A stretch of DNA of 64,000 bases from Minisyncoccia bacterium (lineage in GTDB: Bacteria; Patescibacteriota; Minisyncoccia; UBA6257; 2-01-FULL-56-20). The position numbers and the translations under genes were made by a program. The stretch spans positions 130,246 through 194,245 of the forward strand of contig JBEKML010000001.1 in the NCBI GenBank assembly GCA_050008535.1, given 5' to 3'. Positions 8,873 to 17,707 of this stretch are shown piece by piece; position 1 is the stretch's first letter; the number at the start of each line of letters is the position of its first letter. Under the pieces are notes generated by a model, which did no database searches, was not told where the DNA came from, and was given only the letters and a program-made list of their open reading frames with translations.

Positions 8873-10891
8873 TTATAAGAATGGTACGAGCAACAAGGCA
8901 ATAATGTTGATGATCTTGATGACCGGGTTGATCGCGGGACCGGCGGTATCTTTGTAAGGATCGCCGACCGTATCGCCCGTGACGGCCGCTTTGTGCGCTT
9001 CCGAACCCTTGCCGCCCAGATTTCCTTCCTCTATGTACTTTTTCGCATTGTCCCACGCCGCGCCGCCGGAGGTCATGGAAATCGCAACGAAGATACCGGT
9101 CACAATGGAGCCGACGAGCAGTCCGCCGAGTGCGAGCGGTCCCAACACGAACGCCACAAGGATCGGCAGGAGCACCGGCAGAAGCGCGGGCACGATCATT
9201 TCTTTGATCGCGGCCGAGGTTACGATGTCCACGCACTTCGCGTAATCCGGCTTCGCGGTGCCTGCCATGATGCCGGGGATCTCTTTGAATTGCCGGCGCA
9301 CTTCTTTGACGACGCTGCCTGCCGCCTTGCTCACCGCGCGCATGGAGATGGACGCAAAAAGATACGGGATCATGCCGCCGATCAAAAGTCCCACGATTAT
9401 TTTTGGGTTGCTCAGGTCAAACGAGATCGCACCGCCACCATGCTTGTTCTGCAAGTCCTGCACGTACGAAGAAAAGAGTACGACCGCGGCGAGTCCCGCC
9501 GAACCGATCGCATAACCCTTCGTGACGGCCTTCGTTGTGTTTCCTACTGCATCAAGCGCATCGGTCACTTTGCGCACATGGTCCGGAAGACCCGCCATTT
9601 CCGCGATACCGCCGGCATTATCGGTAATCGGACCGAACGCATCTATCGCGACTACGATCCCCGCCATAGAGAGCATGCTCATTGTGGCGAGCGCGATGCC
9701 ATAGAGGCCGCTCACTGAATACGCCGCAAGGATTCCCGCAACGATCACGACTACCGGCAACGCCGTTGATTCCATGCCGACTGAAAGCCCGGTGATAATG
9801 TTCGTGCCATGCCCCGTCGTTGACGATTCGGCGATTGACCGCACCGGCCGGAATTTCTTTGATGTGTAATATTCCGTGATCAAAACGGTGAGCGCGGTTA
9901 TCAATATCCCCACAAGCATCGGAAAGAAAAGTTGTGAGAAGGTCATGCTGCCGACCGCGGCACCGTTCGCGCCATTGGCCGCTGCCACGTAGCCGCTTGC
10001 CAAAAACCAAAATCCGACGAGCGAAAGAATGCTCGCGGCGATAAGTCCTTTATAGAGCGCGCCCATGATCGCTCCGCTTTTTCCAAGCCGGACAAAGAAT
10101 ATGCCGAGGACGGAACTAATGATGGAAATACCCCCAATCACAAGCGGTAAAAGCACTACGCTTTCTGACCCCGGGAACATCAGGCTCCCCAGGATCATCG
10201 CGGCAATCGCCGTCACGGCATATGTTTCGAAAAGGTCGGCTGCCATGCCGGCGCAATCGCCCACGTTGTCGCCCACGTTGTCCGCGATCACCGCCGGATT
10301 CCGCGGATCGTCTTCCGGAATGCCCGCTTCAACTTTCCCGACCAAGTCCGCTCCCACGTCCGCGCCTTTCGTGAAGATGCCGCCGCCCAAGCGCGCGAAG
10401 ACGGAGATCAAACTGCCGCCGAATCCCAATCCGATGAGCGCGCGTACGTCGTGCGTGATCGCGTAGAAACCGGAAACGGAAAGCAGCGCAAGGCCGACCA
10501 CGAGCAACCCCGTGACCGATCCGCCCTCAAATGCAATACTAAGCGCCCGCGCGAGTCCCGCCTTCGCCGCTTCCGCCGTTTTCACGTTCGCGCGCACCGA
10601 CATGTTCATGCCAATGTAGCCCGCCAGAGCCGATGCGAACGCGCCGATAACAAACCCCGCCATCGTAGTCCATCCCAAAAATACGCCGATAAGAATGGCC
10701 ACCACCACCGCAACCAAGGCGACCGTCTTATACTGCCGGTTCAAATAGGCCTTCGCGCCAATCTGGATCGCGCGCGCGATCTCCTGCATTTTTTGATCGC
10801 CCGCCGGCGCTTTGGAGATCTTTAAGATTAATACAAACGCGAACACAATGGCGACCACACTGCTTCCCAACGAAAATAAGATTGGCGACAT
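8873..10891 (-). CDS. hppA: membrane-bound ion-translocating pyrophosphatase, predicted K+-independent
   Basis: [36 protein letters not shown]; GNTTKA carries the Lys determinant. Confidence 0.96.
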   Translation of the reverse strand: MSPILFSLGSSVVAIVFAFVLILKISKAPAGDQKMQEIARAIQIGAKAYLNRQYKTVALVAVVVAILIGVFLGWTTMAGFVIGAFASALAGYIGMNMSVRANVKTAEAAKAGLARALSIAFEGGSVTGLLVVGLALLSVSGFYAITHDVRALIGLGFGGSLISVFARLGGGIFTKGADVGADLVGKVEAGIPEDDPRNPAVIADNVGDNVGDCAGMAADLFETYAVTAIAAMILGSLMFPGSESVVLLPLVIGGISIISSVLGIFFVRLGKSGAIMGALYKGLIAASILSLVGFWFLASGYVAAANGANGAAVGSMTFSQLFFPMLVGILITALTVLITEYYTSKKFRPVRSIAESSTTGHGTNIITGLSVGMESTALPVVVIVAGILAAYSVSGLYGIALATMSMLSMAGIVVAIDAFGPITDNAGGIAEMAGLPDHVRKVTDALDAVGNTTKAVTKGYAIGSAGLAAVVLFSSYVQDLQNKHGGGAISFDLSNPKIIVGLLIGGMIPYLFASISMRAVSKAAGSVVKEVRRQFKEIPGIMAGTAKPDYAKCVDIVTSAAIKEMIVPALLPVLLPILVAFVLGPLALGGLLVGSIVTGIFVAISMTSGGAAWDNAKKYIEEGNLGGKGSEAHKAAVTGDTVGDPYKDTAGPAINPVIKIINIIALLLVPFL

Positions 10892-10911
10892 GTTTTTATT
10901 TTATATTATTT

Positions 10912-12177
10912 TTACGTGATGATGTCTTCCTTTTCGTCGTCCGTTTCCGGCACCGCGATCTGATCTGATTCCGGCGCGCCCGCAGTACCGCCCTCCTGCG
11001 TTTCCTCCGGCCGCGTCTGCGAACGCACGTCAATCTTCCAGCCCGTGAGCTTCGCCGCAAGCCGCACGTTCTGTCCGCCCTTGCCGATCGCCAGGCTCAA
11101 CTGGTTTTCCGGAACGTACGCGCGCGCTTCGCGCCGCGGGAGGATATCCACCTTCTCCACCTTCGCCGGCGAGAGCGCGTTCGCAATGAATTTCTCGGGG
11201 TCTTCCGACCACTCCGCGATGTCGATTTTTTCGTTGCCCAGCTCATTATTCACCGCCATTACGCGGGTTCCCCGCTGTCCCACAAGCGCACCTACGGGGT
11301 CAACGCCTTCTTGTTTTGATGCGACCGCCACCTTCGTCCGGTTCCCCGGCTCGCGCGCAATAGCTTGTATCTCGATCGCTCCCTCCGCAAGTTCCGGCAC
11401 TTCCATGCGGAAAAGTTCTATGACGAATTTAGGATGCGAGCGCGAAAGGATGATCCCCGGAAGCCGCGTGTCCTCCTGGACCGCAAGCACCAAGAATCGC
11501 AGCCGCTCACCCGCACGGTAATGCTCTCCCGGAATAGATTCGTTCGCGAACATCACGCCAATCGTCCTTCCAAGATCAATAAACACATTCCCCCGTTCGA
11601 ATCGCTGCACCAGACCGCTCACGATCTGTCCCTCTTTGTCGCGCCACTCATTCAAGATGGAATCGCGCTCCGATTCGCGGAGTTTTTGCAAAATAACCTG
11701 TTTCGCCGTCTGCGCCGCGATCCTTCCAAAATCATCATGCATTTCAAGCGGAAAGGTAATTTCCTCGCCAAGCGCCGCGTCCTTTTTTACTTTTTTCGCA
11801 TCTTCAAGCGTAATGTGCCGTTCAGGATTGAACCGCGGAAGTTTCTCTTCTTCCTCGGCAATCACCGCTTCTTGTTCCCTTTTCCCTCTTTTTTTGGCCT
11901 CACCCTTTTTCTCTTCCTTCTCCCTTTCCTCTGCTTCTTCCATATCAGAAACAAAACGCACCGTCGTTTCATCAACCACCATTTTTACCTGCCAAAACTT
12001 CAGTTCGCCGGTTGCCTGGTCAAGCTCGCACTTCACCACTTCCCCGCGCTGGCCATACTCTCTCTTGTATGCGGCGGCTATCGATGACTCAATGACCTCA
12101 AGTACCTTCCCGGGTTCCAGGCCTTTTTCTTCTGCAACCTGTTTCAATGCCTTTGATAATTCCTTTATGTTGAGCAT
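10912..12177 (-). CDS. nusA: transcription termination/antitermination factor NusA
   Basis: FGRIAAQTAKQVI, S1 and KH domains, AIGKGGQNVRLA. Confidence 0.97.
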   Translation of the reverse strand: MLNIKELSKALKQVAEEKGLEPGKVLEVIESSIAAAYKREYGQRGEVVKCELDQATGELKFWQVKMVVDETTVRFVSDMEEAEEREKEEKKGEAKKRGKREQEAVIAEEEEKLPRFNPERHITLEDAKKVKKDAALGEEITFPLEMHDDFGRIAAQTAKQVILQKLRESERDSILNEWRDKEGQIVSGLVQRFERGNVFIDLGRTIGVMFANESIPGEHYRAGERLRFLVLAVQEDTRLPGIILSRSHPKFVIELFRMEVPELAEGAIEIQAIAREPGNRTKVAVASKQEGVDPVGALVGQRGTRVMAVNNELGNEKIDIAEWSEDPEKFIANALSPAKVEKVDILPRREARAYVPENQLSLAIGKGGQNVRLAAKLTGWKIDVRSQTRPEETQEGGTAGAPESDQIAVPETDDEKEDIIT

Positions 12178-12277
12178 ATTAAGTTTTTTTGATTGTCCCC
12201 CCCCGTTTCTTTAAAAAAGTCCGCTCACGAGCGGACCAGCACTACAAAAGGATAATATCGCGATTCCCGGGAATTTG

Positions 12278-12664
12278 TCAAATGTTCTCGTAGTGCCGAA
12301 TATCAGACGCCTTGCCGTCGGCTCCGATATCAACCGCCAAAAGATCGATTCGCCATCCTTTTTCTTCGTCAACGATCTCTGGATGCTGCCGCGCAAAAAA
12401 TTCGCATGTTCTGCTTATCTTTCTTAGTTTTGCCCCAGTCAAATTATCTTCTGGCATCAATCTTGCAAAACTAGCTATCCCCCCTCCTGTCGTAAAAGAT
12501 TTAACCTCGCAAAATACCAGAGTTCCGTCGTCAGATCTAGCAATAATATCAATCTCATCCGACTTTCTCCTATAATTTCTTTCAAAAACCCTCCATCCTC
12601 TTTTAATAAGATATTCATAAGCAATATCCTCGCCTAATTTCCCGATTTTTATCCTATTTTCCAT
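12278..12664 (-). CDS. yraN: YraN-family PD-(D/E)XK nuclease
   Basis: GKLGEDIA..YL..RG, ERNYR, EIDIIA, LVFCEVK, WRIDLLAV. Confidence 0.92.
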   Translation of the reverse strand: MENRIKIGKLGEDIAYEYLIKRGWRVFERNYRRKSDEIDIIARSDDGTLVFCEVKSFTTGGGIASFARLMPEDNLTGAKLRKISRTCEFFARQHPEIVDEEKGWRIDLLAVDIGADGKASDIRHYENI

Positions 12665-12669
12665 AAAAA

Positions 12670-12773
12670 CTATTTTAAATGTGTTTAGCGTAAAACATAT
12701 TTAAAAATCAAATTTATGGCAATTTTTATGAAAATCATCATTTTTCTATTTTAATTGTGTTTAGCGTAAAACA
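12670..12773. repeat. 28-bp direct repeat (2 copies) containing parS-like 16-mers
   Basis: CTATTTTAAWTGTGTTTAGCGTAAAACA at 12670-12697 and 12746-12773; core TGTTTAGCGTAAAACA matches parS TGTTTCACGTGAAACA at 13/16. Confidence 0.7.
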
Positions 12774-12823
12774 CTTTGTAAAACAATTTTGTTTTACAGC
12801 AGCAAAATCAAGCTTATCGGGTT

Positions 12824-12923
12824 TTGCCGGATTCAATCAATTAATCCGGCAATGCGGCAAAAAGTGAGGTAATCCGGCAAAATTTAATGAAAATTTAATA
12901 ATTGCCGGATTATGCTTGCCGGA
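12824..12923. repeat. cluster of TTGCCGGATT motifs in both orientations
   Basis: Copies at 12824(+), 12843(-), 12871(-), 12902(+) and a partial at 12916(+). Confidence 0.75.
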
Positions 12924-13023
12924 AAGGAATTTCGATAACTTTTAAGGATTTCCACAGGCCATCCACAATTTCGTGGTACCGGCCACATAGAGTCCGCCAG
13001 GCGGTCTGCTAAAATGTACTCCT

Positions 13024-13356
13024 ATGGACACCAAACAACTTGATGAGTACAAACGGAAGCTTGAGAGGGAACGAACCCTCCTTCTCAATGAGATCAAACA
13101 AAACGAGAAGCCGGTCAATTTTGGGAGCGACACCGTCCGCCTCGACGAAGAAACCGACGAGACAGAAGAAATCGGCAATCAACTGGCGATTGTCCACGAT
13201 CTTAAAAACAGATTAGAAGAAATCAATGCCGCACTGGGGAAAATCCAATCAGGTGGGTATGGCATCTGTGAGCAATGCGGCAAAGCTATTGAAGCAACGG
13301 TTCTTGATATTGATCCGGAATCCCGTTTCTGCAAGCATTGCAAATCAAAGAAGTAA
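13024..13356 (+). CDS. DksA/TraR-family C4 zinc-finger protein
   Basis: Coiled coil with acidic tip DEETDE, then YGICEQCGKAI...RFCKHC. Confidence 0.9.
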   Translation: MDTKQLDEYKRKLERERTLLLNEIKQNEKPVNFGSDTVRLDEETDETEEIGNQLAIVHDLKNRLEEINAALGKIQSGGYGICEQCGKAIEATVLDIDPESRFCKHCKSKK

Positions 13357-13408
13357 GCACAAGAAATCTTTTAGAACTTTTTAATCGGCGGAATGGTATT
13401 GATGGAGG

Positions 13409-14941
13409 GTGACCATCAAGAACCTTTCCAAAGTTCATTCTGCCGAACTTGAAGGTGTTGACGCAAAACTCATAGAGGTGGAGGTTGATATAAATGTCGG
13501 CCTTCATTCTTTCACTATTGTCGGCCTCGCTGATAGAGCGTTGAATGAAGCGAGGGAAAGAGTAAATTCCGCATTGAAGAATTCCGGGGCAAAGCCGCCG
13601 AATCGGGAAAACAGAAGAATAACCATCAACCTTGCTCCAGCTGATGTTAAAAAGGCTGGATCGCATTATGATCTTGCGATCGCGCTCGGCTATCTCCTCG
13701 CCACAAAACAGATCAAGACATTTGAAACTGCCGATAAAATTTTTGTCGGCGAACTTGCGCTTGATGGGAGATTGCGACCGGTGAATGGCGCGCTCAATAT
13801 CGCACAGATGGCAAGCAATTTGGGCCTTAAATATTTCTTCTTGCCGAAACAAAACGCAAATGAGGCGGCGGCGATCCGGGGGATAAAAATAGTTCCACTC
13901 AAGAATCTCGGTGATGCAATCGCCATCTTGGAAGAAAGAGGGGATGCCGAAGTAATAAAATCACCGAACCCCGTCGCCGAAAAAAAGAGCGTCTTCCCCG
14001 ATTTTTCAGAAATTGTCGGCCAGGAAAACGCAAAGCGTGCGCTTACTATCGCAGCCGCTGGTAGCCACAACGTCCTTATGATCGGTCCGCCCGGGGTGGG
14101 AAAAAGCATGCTTGCAAGGGCGTTTGCGGGAATATTGCCGAATCTTACGATCCCCGAAGCCATAGAGATCACGAAAATTTGGAGTGCTGCTGGATTGAGC
14201 CCTGGACGGCTTGTAGAGCAACGCCCGTTCCGCATGCCGCACCAGACCGCATCCATCACTGCGCTTATGGGCGGCGGCCAGGATCCAAAACCAGGCGAGA
14301 TAAGCCTTGCACATCGGGGCGTGCTTTTTCTCGATGAACTGCCGGAATTCCAAAGAAACGCGCTTGAGGCGCTCCGTGAACCGATGGAGTCGGGGATAAT
14401 CCGCATCGCACGAGCAAAACAAAGCATCGCATTCCCTGCAAGATTCACGCTTATCGCCGCAATGAACCCTTGCCCATGCGGTTATTATGGCGACGTGGAA
14501 AAGGAGTGCAGATGCAGCGCCTATGAAGTCATAAAATATCAAAAAAGAATATCGGGGCCGCTTCTGGATCGCATTGACCTCCAGATAAAAGTAGGCCGCG
14601 TGAAGATCTGCGAACTACGAAAAGGGGATTCGCGCGAGGCAGCGAGCCGGGATATCAAACGCCCAGTTGAATCGGCGAGAAGTCTCCAAATGGAACGATT
14701 CAAGCGTCTGAATATTGTGACGAATGCGGAGATGAGCTCCCACGAGGCGCAATCAATGGCACGCCTTCTGCCGGACGCGGAAAAATTTCTGGAAACTTTT
14801 GACAGGAGCCGCATCTCGCCGCGCAGCTATTATCGCATTCTTAAGGTCGCACGCACCATCGCCGATCTTGAAGCTTGTACGTGCGTATCCGCCGAACACC
14901 TCGCCGAGGCCTTCAGCTACCGCCTGCGGGAGGAGGTCTAA
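13409..14941 (+). CDS. comM: YifB/ComM Mg-chelatase-like AAA+ ATPase
   Basis: ITINLAPAD, GELALDG, GPPGVGKS, HRGVLFLDE, AMNPCPCG, KVARTIADL. Confidence 0.95.
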   Translation: MTIKNLSKVHSAELEGVDAKLIEVEVDINVGLHSFTIVGLADRALNEARERVNSALKNSGAKPPNRENRRITINLAPADVKKAGSHYDLAIALGYLLATKQIKTFETADKIFVGELALDGRLRPVNGALNIAQMASNLGLKYFFLPKQNANEAAAIRGIKIVPLKNLGDAIAILEERGDAEVIKSPNPVAEKKSVFPDFSEIVGQENAKRALTIAAAGSHNVLMIGPPGVGKSMLARAFAGILPNLTIPEAIEITKIWSAAGLSPGRLVEQRPFRMPHQTASITALMGGGQDPKPGEISLAHRGVLFLDELPEFQRNALEALREPMESGIIRIARAKQSIAFPARFTLIAAMNPCPCGYYGDVEKECRCSAYEVIKYQKRISGPLLDRIDLQIKVGRVKICELRKGDSREAASRDIKRPVESARSLQMERFKRLNIVTNAEMSSHEAQSMARLLPDAEKFLETFDRSRISPRSYYRILKVARTIADLEACTCVSAEHLAEAFSYRLREEV

Positions 14942-14966
14942 TGTTTTATTGATATAATGAATAGCA

Positions 14967-16586
14967 ATGATCACGAGGGCCCTCAAGAAGATCGAAGGTG
15001 TCACTGCGCCGCTTTGGCAGTGGGGCGCGGGATTCGTGGGCATCCTTTTCGTCAGATTCTTTCTTGAAAACTTTTCAAATCCGGTACTGAGCTTTCCCGG
15101 CATCCCCGATGCGGCGACGCTTGTCCACTACTTCCTTTTCTATTTCGGCGTTTTTATTTCCTCCTCGCTTATTTTGTGCATCTTCGTTCCCAATATCACA
15201 AAGGTTACGAAGTTCCTCTTTTTTGGATTCCCCATCCTTTGGCTCCCCCCCATCGTTGACCTTATTGTTTCGCATGGCGGGGGATACCGCATGGCTTATG
15301 TGTTCCCCACGAACATTATTTCGTTTTTCGCTACCGCACTTTGGTCGCCCACCATCTCTCCCCTCGGCGGCGTCACCCCCGGCATTCACGCGGAACTCGT
15401 CGTCATTATTATTGGCATCCTGGGATATGTTTTCATTAAAACGCGGAGTGTCGGAAAATCGGTGGGTGCGACCGTTCTTATTTATTGCGCGTGGGTTTTT
15501 TGGATAGCATTTCCCGCCTTCCTTGGAAAGATCGCCGGCGTCCCCTCGTTCGCCCTTCTTATATCGGCATTTTCCTCGCCCCGCCTGCTGCAGAATCTGA
15601 TCCAGCCGAATCTCCTGCCCTCCTACGCGCACGCAGCCGAGGTGGTATTCAATGGGGGAATATCGGTCATTTTTTATGTTTTAGATTTTCTCCTTATGGT
15701 CGTCTGGGCGATTCTCTATAACGTGAAATTTGCGCGGGCGATCGCAAAGAATCTTCGGTTTACCCGTCTTGTTTATTATGTGAGCCTGGTTGTGATCGGG
15801 GCCCTCGTCGCCGTCCGGATGTTCCCGCCGCAATCGCCCACAAGCTGGATTGATATTTTCCTTTTTGCCTCTCTCGTCATAAGCTATTTCTGCGCATGGG
15901 CTTTTGCCGTCGGGATAAACGACCTTGCAGACATAAAAATTGACGCGGCGAGCAATCCAGATCGGCCGCTTCCTTCCGGTGCCGCTACTGCATCCGATTT
16001 CGGGAACGCCAATTCATTCTTTCTTGTTTGGCTGCTTGTTGGCGGATTTATCTGCGGCTATTGGACATTCTTCACTGTTCTTGTTTTTACCGCGGCGTAC
16101 TATATTTATTCTGCTCCGCCCTTGCGGATGAAGCGCGTTCCGATTCTTCCGTCTTTTCTCATATCGCTCGCGAGCTTGTCGGCGTTCACGGCGGGATTTT
16201 ATTTCATTGACACGAACAAATTTGTCTTTGATCTTCCGATGCGTCTCGCTGCGCTTATCGTTGTTCACATCACACTCGCGGCAAATCTCAAGGACATCAA
16301 GGATATTGCGGGCGACCGCGCGGACGGCATATGGACCATCCCCGTACTTTTTGGGAAAGAGAAGGGGAAGCAAATCGTGGGGGCCATGTTTGCGGTGGCA
16401 TTCCTTGCCGTGCCCACAATACTTCACAGCTGGACATTGTTCCTCCCGTCGCTTATGGCGGCGATACTGGGCTATATATTCACCGTCATGAAAAATTACC
16501 GCGAGGGGAGGGTCTTCGCCCTCTATTTCGCCTATGTTGGCGTGGCGGGGATACTTCTGTGGATGCTGCCTGTCGCCCAGTGGTAG
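14967..16586 (+). CDS. UbiA-superfamily prenyltransferase with extra N-terminal membrane domain
   Basis: NDLADIKID..NPDRPLPSG, YSAPPLRMKR, KDIKDIAGD..GIWTIPVLFG. Confidence 0.88.
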   Translation: MITRALKKIEGVTAPLWQWGAGFVGILFVRFFLENFSNPVLSFPGIPDAATLVHYFLFYFGVFISSSLILCIFVPNITKVTKFLFFGFPILWLPPIVDLIVSHGGGYRMAYVFPTNIISFFATALWSPTISPLGGVTPGIHAELVVIIIGILGYVFIKTRSVGKSVGATVLIYCAWVFWIAFPAFLGKIAGVPSFALLISAFSSPRLLQNLIQPNLLPSYAHAAEVVFNGGISVIFYVLDFLLMVVWAILYNVKFARAIAKNLRFTRLVYYVSLVVIGALVAVRMFPPQSPTSWIDIFLFASLVISYFCAWAFAVGINDLADIKIDAASNPDRPLPSGAATASDFGNANSFFLVWLLVGGFICGYWTFFTVLVFTAAYYIYSAPPLRMKRVPILPSFLISLASLSAFTAGFYFIDTNKFVFDLPMRLAALIVVHITLAANLKDIKDIAGDRADGIWTIPVLFGKEKGKQIVGAMFAVAFLAVPTILHSWTLFLPSLMAAILGYIFTVMKNYREGRVFALYFAYVGVAGILLWMLPVAQW

Positions 16587-16614
16587 CCTCTCTAAATTAG
16601 CTAGCCCGCACGGC

Positions 16615-17700
16615 CTATCCTTTCACAAAAGGATTCTGTGCGCCGTATACCTCGAAATGCACGTGGCATCCGGTTGCATCTCCGGTCTCGCCCATAAGTC
16701 CGACGGTCTGCCCCTGCTTCACATAATCGCCGATTTGCACGAAAACTTTTTCGAGGTGGGCGTAACGGGTGCGCACGCTGTCGCCGAAGGGATGCTCTAT
16801 AAGCACAAAGTTCCCATAGCCCTCGTTCCAACCGTCAACGGCATAAGGGACGTCTTCGTCGGGGATCACAAGCCCTTCCGCCGCGGCGACCACCGGCGTA
16901 CCGCAGGAATTCGCAATGTCAACGGCATTATAGTGATGAAGGATCCCCCAATCGTAACCGTTCGTGGGCATAACAAACTCGCTATCATAATTCGGCAATG
17001 CCGCTGCGCTCGCAAGGATATTGGCGCTTTTCCCTCCGGGAATGATAACGGACATTCCCGGGTCAAGTGAAGCAAAATTCACCGAATGATTGAATTGAAG
17101 CACCCTGTCCTCGGAAACTCCGAAGTCATTGGCGATGGACGCGAGGGTGTCGCCGCTCCGCGCTTGATAGACCACGCCGGAGGTCGGCAGTATATTCAGC
17201 TCCTGGCCTGTTTTCAAAAGGTTCGCCCTCACACCGGGATTGGCGCTTACAATAGTATCGACTGAAATCCCAAAATAGGCCGCAATTTTCGAAAGATTAT
17301 CTCCTTTCCGAACTTGGTACGAAATGACGCCCGAACGATCGAAGGCAGGACCGACCGGCACGCCGGAATCTTTTATTGTAGCGTTGTCGGATGAATCGGC
17401 GTCCGCAAAGACGGCATTGGGATACTCCGCGCTCGCGCCGCTAACGACCGATCCGGCAGTTGCCCCTCCGACGCTGGCGCCGAGTACCGCCGATTGACCG
17501 GACTCCGCTCCTTCGGCGCTAGAGATAAGAGGGGAAGGGCCGGGTCCCCCAAGAATCCCCCTTTCCTCAATGAGAGCCGTTTTCTTTGATAAAACTAAAC
17601 CGGCCGAAACAAGACAGCCTATAACCAAAAAAACGGCCAGTGTTAATGGCTTATTCTTCCTATATAATTGTCTTACTATCGTACCAATAGAAATAAGCAT
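16615..17700 (-). CDS. LysM x2 + M23 peptidase (start uncertain)
   Basis: YQVRKGDNLSKIA, YQARSGDTLASIA, HHYNAVDIA, TRYAHL, GCHVHFEV. Confidence 0.92.
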   Translation of the reverse strand: MLISIGTIVRQLYRKNKPLTLAVFLVIGCLVSAGLVLSKKTALIEERGILGGPGPSPLISSAEGAESGQSAVLGASVGGATAGSVVSGASAEYPNAVFADADSSDNATIKDSGVPVGPAFDRSGVISYQVRKGDNLSKIAAYFGISVDTIVSANPGVRANLLKTGQELNILPTSGVVYQARSGDTLASIANDFGVSEDRVLQFNHSVNFASLDPGMSVIIPGGKSANILASAAALPNYDSEFVMPTNGYDWGILHHYNAVDIANSCGTPVVAAAEGLVIPDEDVPYAVDGWNEGYGNFVLIEHPFGDSVRTRYAHLEKVFVQIGDYVKQGQTVGLMGETGDATGCHVHFEVYGAQNPFVKG

Positions 17701-17707
17701 AGCACGT

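Noticed and set aside
12670-12773. Mini CRISPR array from the two 28-bp repeats
   Set aside because: Only two units, AT-rich 48-bp spacer, no cas genes; parS-like core explains it better.
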